Positions 49,607-57,750 of a DNA stretch of 64,000 nt are shown here, piece by piece (within the stretch, counting starts at the first letter, position 1; each line of letters starts with the position of its first letter). The stretch is from an uncultured Candidatus Binatia bacterium (GTDB taxonomy: Bacteria; Desulfobacterota; Binatia; UBA9968; JAJDTQ01). Made by a program: the position numbers and the translations under genes. Below the pieces are notes generated by a model, which saw nothing but the letters and a program-made list of their open reading frames with translations, searched no databases and had not been told where the DNA came from. The DNA lies in NCBI GenBank assembly GCA_965213675.1, contig OZ243916.1, forward strand, positions 1,248,001 through 1,312,000, given 5' to 3'.

Positions 49607-49682
49607 CCCAGGAGCCTGTCGGGTTTATCGAATCGTAGCGAGAGGCAGGGAAAGACCAGTTTCGGGCGGATTCGAGGAGAAT
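49607..49682. repeat. MITE-like element end between cobS and cobC
   Basis: CCCAGGAGCCTGTCGGGTTTATCGAAT...GAGGAGAAT. A related CTAGGAGCCTG...GAGGAGAAT segment lies at ~40660-40739. Confidence 0.6.
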
Positions 49683-50452
49683 TACAGAACCGCCACGGCC
49701 CCGAGGTAAAGCCCCAACTCGCTGGTCTGTTGCACCGCCCCAAGGCAGTCGCCCGTATAGCCGCCGAGTTTTCGTTCGTACAACCCCCGCATGACCACAT
49801 GACCGATCACAAGCCCCGTGAAGCCAGCCACCATCGCGGACGGCGACGCCAGATACCAAAGCGCCGCCAGCGGCGCGACCCCGGTGGCCAGGGCCAACGC
49901 AAGGCCCGCCGGGGCCACGCCGCCGGCCACCGGCCTGGCCGTGCCCGCCTCCCGCACGTACCGGCTGGTGGCAATGGCCAGCGTCGCCGAGCCGCGGCTC
50001 GCGCCGTGGGCCGCCACCAGCAGCCACGGAACCATGACCGCCGGAGCGGCGGCCAACGCCAGTATCTTCGCGGCCAGCATCAGGCCGAGGCCGGCCGCGC
50101 CGTAGGTGCCCAGGCGGCTGTCCCGCATGATCTCCAACGCCTGCGCGCGCGTGCGGCCGCCGCCGAGCCCATCGCAGGCGTCGGCGAAACCATCCTCGTG
50201 GAACGCCCCGGTGAGCCACAGGGAAGCGGCGGTGGCCAGCACAAGCGCCAAGCCTGCGGGAAAGACGAGGTGTGCGAGCCAGAATACCGCGGCCGCCACC
50301 GCGCCCACGACGATGCCCACCAAAGGGTAGTATCGCACGGCGGCGGCAAGGCGCGCTTCGGTAAAGAGGTCGGTCGCCGGCACCCGGACCCGGGTGAGAA
50401 ACTGGACCGCCAGGAGGAACACCGCCCATTCTTCACGCACGCGTCGCCTCAC
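49682..50452 (-). CDS. cobS: Adenosylcobinamide-GDP ribazoletransferase
   Basis: QFLTR, TGAFHEDGFADACDG, IMRDSRLGTYG, GGYTGDCLGA. GTGA overlap with cobT. Confidence 0.95.
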   Translation of the reverse strand: MRRRVREEWAVFLLAVQFLTRVRVPATDLFTEARLAAAVRYYPLVGIVVGAVAAAVFWLAHLVFPAGLALVLATAASLWLTGAFHEDGFADACDGLGGGRTRAQALEIMRDSRLGTYGAAGLGLMLAAKILALAAAPAVMVPWLLVAAHGASRGSATLAIATSRYVREAGTARPVAGGVAPAGLALALATGVAPLAALWYLASPSAMVAGFTGLVIGHVVMRGLYERKLGGYTGDCLGAVQQTSELGLYLGAVAVL

Positions 50453-51471
50453 GCCGGACCGCTCACGCCGGCGCTCTCGAAGCTCGCCATCTCGGACAGC
50501 ATGGCCGCCGCGCACCGGAGCAGCGGCCACGCGAGCAGCGTGCCGGTGCCCTCGCCGAGGCGCATGTCCAGCGCCAGCAAAGGGCGCGCATCCAGGGCCA
50601 GGAGCACGGCGCCGTGGCCGTGCTCGGCGGACCGGTGCGCGAAAACAAGGTAGTCCCGCAGGGCCGGCGCCAACCGCACCGCGGCCAGCGCCGCCACCCC
50701 GGCGATGAAACCGTCCACCAGCACCACCGCCCCGGCGCGGGCCGCTCCCGCCATGGCTCCGGCCATCATGACCATCTCGAAGCCGCCGTACTCCCGCAAC
50801 GCGTCCAAGGCGTCGAGGCGCGCGGCGGTGCGCCGGGCCGCGCGTCCCAGCACCTCGCGCTTGCGCTCCAGGCCCGCGTCGTCCAGGCCGGCGCCCCGCC
50901 CCACGAGCGTGTCCAGGCCCACCCCCGTGAGCTTGTGGGCCACCAGCGCGGCCGCGGCGGTGTTGCCGATTCCCATCTCGCCGAAGGCCGCGGCGTCCGG
51001 CGCGGACGCGGCGCCGAGCTTCTCGCCGGCACGCAGCGCGCCTTCGCATTGCGCCCGGGACATGGCCGGCTCCACGGCACCGTTGCGCGTCCCCGGGGCG
51101 ATGCGCCGGGACACGAGCCCCGGCGCTTCCAAGGGGTCGCCGGCCACCCCGGCGTCCACCACCCGCAAGTCCACGCCGTTGACGCGGGAGAACACGTTGG
51201 CCGCCGCACCGCCGGCAAGAAAATTACGCACCATCTGACGGGTCACGGCACGCGGGTAGGGCGACACACCCTCCTCCGCGATCCCATGGTCGCCGGCGAA
51301 CAGCGTCAGGCGGCAGTGCCGCAGCGTAGGAGTCAGGGTGCCCTGGATGCGCGCGATCTGCGCGGCCACGGCCTCCAGCACCCCCAGGGCGCCCAAGGGC
51401 TTGGTCTTGCCGTCGAGGGCGCGCTGGATCGCGCTGTCGAGGGCGCGGGAGACGGGCGGTACGTGGAGCAC
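50449..51471 (-). CDS. cobT: Nicotinate-nucleotide--dimethylbenzimidazole phosphoribosyltransferase
   Basis: KTKPLGALG, FAGDHG, GEMGIGNT, VDGFI, MRLGEGTG, MASFESAGV. Confidence 0.95.
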   Translation of the reverse strand: MLHVPPVSRALDSAIQRALDGKTKPLGALGVLEAVAAQIARIQGTLTPTLRHCRLTLFAGDHGIAEEGVSPYPRAVTRQMVRNFLAGGAAANVFSRVNGVDLRVVDAGVAGDPLEAPGLVSRRIAPGTRNGAVEPAMSRAQCEGALRAGEKLGAASAPDAAAFGEMGIGNTAAAALVAHKLTGVGLDTLVGRGAGLDDAGLERKREVLGRAARRTAARLDALDALREYGGFEMVMMAGAMAGAARAGAVVLVDGFIAGVAALAAVRLAPALRDYLVFAHRSAEHGHGAVLLALDARPLLALDMRLGEGTGTLLAWPLLRCAAAMLSEMASFESAGVSGPA

Positions 51472-51506
51472 GTGCTTCCGGGTGGAACGAGAACGGCGTG
51501 ACCCCG

Positions 51507-51782
51507 TCAGCTCAGCCGCTCTTCCGCCAGCCTGGCGCCCTCCACCCGCGCGCGGATCTTCGCGAAGGCGGTATTCCGCGCGGTGGAGACGTCATCGCCA
51601 AAGGGCGAGAATCCGCAGTCGTCGGTGGCGCCAAGCCCGTCCGCGCCCAAGTGCGCCACCGCCCGGTCCATGGCCTGGGCCAGTCCCGCGTCGTCAAGCC
51701 GTCCGGCGCCGTGGGCGCTCATGGCCTCCATCAGATAGCCCGGCCGGGGTATGCTGCCGATGGGTTCCGTGGGGATGGTCAT
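51507..51782 (-). pseudogene. Internally deleted cobalamin-independent methionine synthase II (core MetE-like)
   Basis: N-terminus MTIPTEPIGSIPRP fused in frame to C-terminus TDDCGFSPF...AFAKIRARVEG; only 91 aa, with no HxC zinc motif. Confidence 0.8.
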
Positions 51783-52123
51783 GTTCCTGTGTCCTTTCCG
51801 ACGCGCGGGCGTCTTTCCGCCGCGGACAGCGGTGGTGATCTCTTCCGGCAGAACGCGCCCGGATGGACACCCCGGCGCTACCTCGATAGTATCCTGAACC
51901 AAGGGGCCAATCCACACCGCGCCAGCGGTTGAAGAGAATTGCGCCGGGATACCCGGCGGCGCAGGCTCCGTAGGTGAGGGTGAGCGGCAGAGTAGGGTTG
52001 TGGAAAATTTTACGAAGCTTTTTTCGCGGGAATGACGGTTCGTAGGCCGTGGTTCGAATCGCTCTCCACGAACTTTTTTGCAACATTGGGGTTCACTTTG
52101 ACCCGAATCGCCGCGCCTCAACA

Positions 52124-53119
52124 ATGGAAAACCCTCCTCCATTCCGGCCAACTCCGGCCAATTCCGGCTCCATCGGGCGGTTGTCGGCGTGGTTCGGCAT
52201 GCTCGTCGGGTGTCTTCTCCTTTCGGCCTGCGAGCCGTCGTTTCCAACCGATTCCCCGGGGCAGCGTATCGTGAGCCTGGACTACTGCGCGGATCAGTTC
52301 GTGCTGGGCCTGGCGGACCGTGCAAACATCCTGGCGCTGTCTCCGGATGCCGCTGCCTCGTTTTCGTACATGCGTGACGCCGCCGAGGGGTTGCCGGTGG
52401 TGCGTCCCCGGGCGGAGGACGTGCTGGCGTTGAAGCCGAGTTTGGTGGTGCGTTCCTACGGCGGCGGCCCCAACGCGCGCGGCTTCTTTGAACGAGCAGG
52501 CGTGGCGGTGGCGCAGATCCGGTTCGCGGACAACATCGCCGCCGTGAGGGAGGTGATCCGGCACGCCGCGCGCGCCCTCGGAGCGCCCGAGCGCGGCGAA
52601 GCGCTCATCACCGGCATGGATGCGCGGCTGCGCGCGGCCCGCGGCCGGCGGCCCGATACGCGCGCGCTGTACATGACGCCGGCCGGCTATTCGGCCGGGC
52701 CCGGCACCTTGGTGGATGACGCGGTGACCGCTGCCGGCCTGGGCAACTTCCAGACCCGGCGCGGCTGGCATCCGATTCCCCTGGAAGACCTCGCCTACGA
52801 AACTCCGGACATGGTGGCCCGGGCCGACTTCGGCGAGGGCACCAACCACGACGACGCCTGGACACCGTTCCGCCATCCGGTGGCCCAGCGCGCCATGCGC
52901 ACGGTTCCCGTCGCCGCGGTGGACGGCGCCACCACCGCGTGCGGCGGCTGGTTCGTGGCCGACGCCGTGACGGCGCTGGCCACCCTGCGCCACACGATTT
53001 CCGCGAAGGTGGACGGCAACCGCGGCCCGGCGGAAGGCCGTGTGAAGCGGCCGGACGCATCGCCTCCAACGCGCGGGCTTCCCGCTCCCGAGGGCGCCGG
53101 GAAGCGGGCCGCGCGGTGA
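52124..53119 (+). CDS. btuF: Cobalamin/Fe-siderophore ABC transporter substrate-binding lipoprotein (BtuF-like)
   Basis: LSAC lipobox, RIVSLDYCADQ, EDVLALKP. Start uncertain. Confidence 0.8.
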   Translation: MENPPPFRPTPANSGSIGRLSAWFGMLVGCLLLSACEPSFPTDSPGQRIVSLDYCADQFVLGLADRANILALSPDAAASFSYMRDAAEGLPVVRPRAEDVLALKPSLVVRSYGGGPNARGFFERAGVAVAQIRFADNIAAVREVIRHAARALGAPERGEALITGMDARLRAARGRRPDTRALYMTPAGYSAGPGTLVDDAVTAAGLGNFQTRRGWHPIPLEDLAYETPDMVARADFGEGTNHDDAWTPFRHPVAQRAMRTVPVAAVDGATTACGGWFVADAVTALATLRHTISAKVDGNRGPAEGRVKRPDASPPTRGLPAPEGAGKRAAR

Positions 53120-54105
53120 GCGACCGCGTGCTGCTCGCCGCCCTGGCGGCGGCCGCGCTGGTGGCCCTGACAGCGGCATGCCTGGTGGGTTCCACTGCCT
53201 TGGGCGTGGACCGGATCCTCTCCGCCCTAACGGGCGGCGGTTCGGCGGGGGACCGGATCGTGGTGTGGGAAATCCGACTGCCGCGCGCCGTGGCCGCGTT
53301 GGTGGTGGGGGCGGCGCTGGGGATGTCCGGGGCGGCCTTGCAGGGGCTCTTGCGCAATCCCCTGGCCGAGCCCGGTGTGCTCGGGGTCTCCGCCACCGCC
53401 GCCTTGGGGGCGACGTTCGTCATCTACTATGGACTCGTGAACGTCCAGGCTCTGACCCTGCCCTTGGCGGCCATTGCCGGCGCGCTGGCGGCCACCGTCC
53501 TCCTGACCGTGGCCGCGGTGCGGGTGGGTTCGGTGGTGACGCTGATCCTGGTGGGTGTGGGGCTGTCGAGTTTCGCGGGCGCGCTCATGGCGCTCTTGAT
53601 GAACCTGGCGCCGCACCCGTTCTCCCTGTCTGAAATGCTCAACTGGATGCTCGGCACGGTGGCCAACCGGAGCTTCCACGACATCCTGCTTGCGACGCCG
53701 TTTCTGGCCGCGGGCCTGGGCGTCCTCTTCGCCGCGCGCCACGGTCTTTCGGCCTTGACCCTGGGAGAGGAAGCGGCGGCGGGTGTGGGCGTCCATCTAG
53801 CCTGGACCCGGCTTCTCGTGGTGGTGGGCGCCGGTCTCGCCACCGGAGCGGCGGTATCCCTTGCCGGCGCCATCGGCTTCGTGGGGATCGTCGCGCCGCA
53901 CCTCGTGCGGCCGCTGGTGAACCACGACCCCGCCCGCACGCTGGCGCCCGCCGCCCTGCTCGCGGGTCTGATCCTGGTGTTCGCGGACATCGGCGTGCGC
54001 GTGGCGCCCACGGACGCGGAGCTGAAGCTCGGCGTGGTGGCGGCGCTGCTGGGCGCGCCGGTGTTCATCTGGATCGCCGCGCGGAGGCGCTTGAATCATG
54101 GGTGA
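53116..54105 (+). CDS. btuC: BtuC/FecCD family permease
   Basis: IRLPR, QGLLRNPLAEP, LGEEAA, IGFVGIVAPH. Confidence 0.88.
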   Translation: MSDRVLLAALAAAALVALTAACLVGSTALGVDRILSALTGGGSAGDRIVVWEIRLPRAVAALVVGAALGMSGAALQGLLRNPLAEPGVLGVSATAALGATFVIYYGLVNVQALTLPLAAIAGALAATVLLTVAAVRVGSVVTLILVGVGLSSFAGALMALLMNLAPHPFSLSEMLNWMLGTVANRSFHDILLATPFLAAGLGVLFAARHGLSALTLGEEAAAGVGVHLAWTRLLVVVGAGLATGAAVSLAGAIGFVGIVAPHLVRPLVNHDPARTLAPAALLAGLILVFADIGVRVAPTDAELKLGVVAALLGAPVFIWIAARRRLNHG

Positions 54106-54871
54106 ACTGCGCGCGCGCGACATCGCCGTGACCCTCGGGCAACGCGAGGTGCTGCGCGGGGCATCCGTGCACGTCGGCGCCGGCGAACTGGTGGTTCTGC
54201 TCGGTCCCAACGGCGCCGGCAAGACCTTGCTGCTGCGAGCCATCCTGGGCCTCGTGAAACGCAAGCGGGGGACGGTCGAGGCCCATGGCGACGATCCCGG
54301 CCGTCTCGGCGCGGCGGAACGCGCCCGGCGCATCGCCTACCTGCCCCAGTCCAGGCCGCTGGCATGGCCCTTGCGGGTGCGCGACGTGGTGGCCCTGGGC
54401 CGTTTCGCCCACGGCGCCGGCCCCGGCAGGATGCGCCGCGAAGACGCCGCCGCCGTCCAACGCGCGCTGGCGGCCGCCGACATCGAAACATTGGCCGACC
54501 GCCCCTGCGACACACTGTCCGGAGGCGAGTTGTGCCGTGTCCACCTGGCCCGGGCCATGGCCGCGGAAGCGCCGATCCTCTTGGCCGACGAGCCCACCGA
54601 AGCCTTGGACCCGCTCCACCAGCATCAAGTGCTGGCGCTGCTGCGGGGCTATGCGGACGCGGGCGGGAGCGCTCTGGTGGTCCTGCACGAGGCCACCTTG
54701 GCTGCGCGCTTCGCCGATCGGTTGGCGTGGATCCGGAACGGCCGCATCGTCGCGGATGGCTCCCCGGCGGCGACGCTTACGCCGCAGCGCATGGCCGAAG
54801 TCTACGGTGTGCGCGCGGCCGTCCGGCGCATCGAAGACGAGTGGGTGGTGGCGGTGAGCGGACCGGCATGA
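54098..54871 (+). CDS. btuD: BtuD/FecE family ABC ATPase
   Basis: GPNGAGKT, LSGGE, LLADEP. Confidence 0.88.
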   Translation: MGELRARDIAVTLGQREVLRGASVHVGAGELVVLLGPNGAGKTLLLRAILGLVKRKRGTVEAHGDDPGRLGAAERARRIAYLPQSRPLAWPLRVRDVVALGRFAHGAGPGRMRREDAAAVQRALAAADIETLADRPCDTLSGGELCRVHLARAMAAEAPILLADEPTEALDPLHQHQVLALLRGYADAGGSALVVLHEATLAARFADRLAWIRNGRIVADGSPAATLTPQRMAEVYGVRAAVRRIEDEWVVAVSGPA

Positions 54872-55012
54872 GGAACCTGTCCGCGCAGGGCGACTGGGGA
54901 TCGCCCCTTGGACGGGCGCCAGGCAAGGGCGGCTCAGGGCCGGGCGCCTTGACAGTCCGCCGGGCTTGATGCACGTATTTGGACAACAACACCCCACGCG
55001 AAGGGAGCCGTG

Positions 55013-55957
55013 ATGAGCACATTGATTACCGGCATTGGCTTGGTGGGCACCGCGTTCGCGCAACGCGCGCTGCAGCGGGGCGAGAAGATCGTGTTTTTCG
55101 ACATGGCGCCGAGGATGGACTTCCTCGAACGCAAGCTGGGCAAGGCCGACGTGACCGTGCTGAAGCGCGACATCCGAGACCTGCCGGCGCTCATCGACGC
55201 CATGCAGACCCACAAGGTGGATACGGTGCTGCACACCGCCGGCCTCATCGGCGGCGCGGTGGCCAACCCGGTCTACAGCGGTCTTCAGATCAACGTCATG
55301 GGCACGGTCAACGTGGCCGAGGCGGTGCGCCTCACCGGCGTCCGGCGATTGATCCAGATCAGCACCATGGGCGTCTACAACCGCCGCCTGGAGGGCGACG
55401 AATCCCTCGGCGAAGGCTTCAACCGGGGCGACGGCAACGCCTACGGCAACTCCAAGGTCGCCAAGGAACTCATGGTGGAGGCCTACCAGCGGCTCTACGG
55501 CTTCGAACTCATCGTGCTGCGGCTGGCCAACGTGTTCGGCTTCGGCCACTTCGCGGGGGGCTCCGCCGGCGGCGAGATGCTGCAGAACCTGGTGGAATCC
55601 GGTCTCACCGGCCGTGTCGCGCACATTCCCCAGGAGTCGACGCGCGACTTCGAGTACGTCTACTTCAAGGACGTGGGCCGGGCCATCGAACGGGCGGCCA
55701 CCATCCCGGCTCCCGCCGAAACCACCTTCAACATCGGCACCGGCGTGGTCGTGACGTTCGACGACCTGGTGGACATGGTCCAGGGGCTGTTGCCGAAGCT
55801 GGAAGTGGAGATCATACCCGGCAAGCCGCCGCGCTCATCAAAGCAGCCCATGGTCATCACCCGCGCCAAGGAATTGCTCGGCTGGGAGCCCGAGTACACC
55901 GTCGAGGAAGGGTTCAAGGCGTACATCGAGGACTTGAAGGCGGCCGGCGGCGGGTGA
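55013..55957 (+). CDS. NAD-dependent epimerase/dehydratase (extended SDR)
   Basis: ITGIGLVG, NVMGT, YGNSK, FNIGTG, LLGWEP. Confidence 0.87.
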   Translation: MSTLITGIGLVGTAFAQRALQRGEKIVFFDMAPRMDFLERKLGKADVTVLKRDIRDLPALIDAMQTHKVDTVLHTAGLIGGAVANPVYSGLQINVMGTVNVAEAVRLTGVRRLIQISTMGVYNRRLEGDESLGEGFNRGDGNAYGNSKVAKELMVEAYQRLYGFELIVLRLANVFGFGHFAGGSAGGEMLQNLVESGLTGRVAHIPQESTRDFEYVYFKDVGRAIERAATIPAPAETTFNIGTGVVVTFDDLVDMVQGLLPKLEVEIIPGKPPRSSKQPMVITRAKELLGWEPEYTVEEGFKAYIEDLKAAGGG

Positions 55958-55967
55958 GCCCCCCAAC

Positions 55968-56003
55968 GAGGTCGCAACGCGAGGTCGTAATGTGAGGTCG
56001 TAA
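55968..56003. repeat. 13-bp period tandem repeat x3 (GAGGTCGYAA core)
   Basis: GAGGTCGCAACGC GAGGTCGTAATGT GAGGTCGTAA. Confidence 0.6.
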
Positions 56004-56190
56004 GTCGCGGCGTCCTTCGCCGCCGTGGAGCGAAGCCGAAGGACCACTCATCGCCATTCCGCGGGGCAGGCTCGCGGCCGTGTTTGACAAGGTCTCCCCG
56101 CACAAGTACAAACCCCATGTCCTGACCGTTTCATTCGGATGAACGGGCAGGACACCAGACCATGGGCGGCCTTCCCGGCCGCCCGGTCCT

Positions 56191-56349
56191 CAGGTCCCCT
56201 CGGGGATAACAGGGAAACCGGTTGAAAGCCGGTGCGGTCCCGCCACTGTAAATGGGAACCCTTGCCAGGGTGCCACTGTTCCGCGCTTGGGAACGGGAAG
56301 GCGGCAAGGCGGTCCACGCGGCCAGCCCATGAGCCAGGAGACCTACCTG
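56191..56349 (+). ncRNA. Cobalamin riboswitch upstream of tonB
   Basis: CAGGT...AGGGAAACCGGTTGAAAGCCGGTGCGGTCCCGCCACTGTAA...GCCACTG...GGGAAGGC...GAGCCAGGAGACCT (B12 box). Confidence 0.93.
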
Positions 56350-56478
56350 AGGACACGACACACCGTGCTCTCCGAGGAGAGAGAGGAGGTCTCGCCATTC
56401 ACACCTGTCCCCTGCTTTCGTTCGTCTTCGCCTCCGTCGAGCCGGGTCTAATCTGACCCGTTCGGGAACGACGACGAC

Positions 56479-57510
56479 GTGCGCCGCTTTCTGTACTCCC
56501 TGTTGGGTTCCGCGCTGCTCCACGCCGCGCTGTTGTGGGCGCCCTTGCCCATGAACGCCGGCGACGCGGGCCAGGACGACGTGGCGGTACTGCGGCTGAG
56601 GCTCGTGGCGCCGACGCGGAGCGCTGCGACGAAGTCCATGGCGCAGCCACGGCAGCAGGCCGCGCTGAAGCCGGACGCGCGCCGCGCACGGTCGGAGCCG
56701 AAGCCGGACACGCGCCGGGCGCCGGCCAGGCTCAAGCGGGAGGCGCGCCCGGCACCGGCCACGCCACCGCACGTGACGCCGGAACCCGCGCGTGTTCCAT
56801 CACCAGCCGCGATACGGGTGGCGAAGGCCGCGCTCGTGACCGGGAACCTCGAAGCGGCCGCTCCGGCCCGGAACCGACCGGCTCCCGTCGCCAGGACGCG
56901 GACCAGGCCGGCGGCGGCTGCGCGCACGCACGCCAAGCCCCTGCCCAAGCCCCCTCGGGCGCTACCCGCGGCGCGGGGCGCGGAGCCCGCGGCGCCAGTC
57001 GTTGCGGTTGCCCCGACCGGCGTCATGCGTCCAAACGCGCCCGACCGAGGGACGATGCAGTCCGCCCGCGCCGGCGGCGGGGCGCCCAAGCCGCCTGACA
57101 AGGTGGACGGCGACAGCGATGCCTTGAAGAACGGGTTGAACGCCGGCCGCGTCCGCGAGCGCAGCGAACCCGAGAGCGCGCTCAACCTGGCACGCGGCAC
57201 GCCCCCGCGGCCGGTCACGGCGGGCGCCGCATTCAGCCCGGCGCGTTACGCGCGCACCGTCAAGCCCGGCTATCCGCGCAAGGCGCGCCGCGCCGGCTGG
57301 GAAGGCACGACGCTGCTCAAGGTGCTTGTCAACCCGGACGGCGCACCGGGCGACGTGGCGGTGGAACGCACGTCGGGTTTCGGCATCCTCGACGAAGCCG
57401 CGGTCAAGGCGGTCCAGCGCTGGCGGTTTCACCCGGCGCGACGCCGAGGCGCGCCCTCGTCGAGCTGGGTTCGAGTTCCGGTGGCGTTCCGGTTGAAGGA
57501 GGTTCGCTGA
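56479..57510 (+). CDS. tonB: Energy transducer TonB
   Basis: N-terminal TM with SALLH, Pro/Ala/Arg-rich linker, YPRKARRAGWEG...SG..ILDEAAVKAVQRWRF. Confidence 0.9.
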   Translation: MRRFLYSLLGSALLHAALLWAPLPMNAGDAGQDDVAVLRLRLVAPTRSAATKSMAQPRQQAALKPDARRARSEPKPDTRRAPARLKREARPAPATPPHVTPEPARVPSPAAIRVAKAALVTGNLEAAAPARNRPAPVARTRTRPAAAARTHAKPLPKPPRALPAARGAEPAAPVVAVAPTGVMRPNAPDRGTMQSARAGGGAPKPPDKVDGDSDALKNGLNAGRVRERSEPESALNLARGTPPRPVTAGAAFSPARYARTVKPGYPRKARRAGWEGTTLLKVLVNPDGAPGDVAVERTSGFGILDEAAVKAVQRWRFHPARRRGAPSSSWVRVPVAFRLKEVR

Positions 57511-57550
57511 TGAGAACGTAACGACGACATTCCGATTCGCCACAGACCTT

Positions 57551-57712
57551 AAGACGGACGCCAGGGAAAGGGGTGCGAATCCCCTGCTGCCCCGCAACTG
57601 TAACGGCGACGAAAGCCGCGAATCGAGCCACTGCCCGTACGGCGGGTGGGAAGGCGCGGCAAGTAGGACGGCGAACTGCCACGACGCCCAAGCCAGGAAA
57701 CCTGTCCGTTTT
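57551..57712 (+). ncRNA. Cobalamin riboswitch upstream of btuB (5' P1/P2 region looks shortened)
   Basis: AGGGAAAGGGGTGCGAATCCCCTGCTGCCCCGCAACTGTAA...GCCACTG...GGGAAGGC...AGCCAGGAAACCTG. Confidence 0.88.
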
Positions 57713-57750
57713 CCATCCACAATCCACCTTCGCGGGAAAGGAAGATTGCC

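Noticed and set aside
51783-52123. Cobalamin riboswitch ahead of the metE stub or btuF
   Set aside because: No AGGGAA, GCCACTG or B12-box elements were found on either strand.
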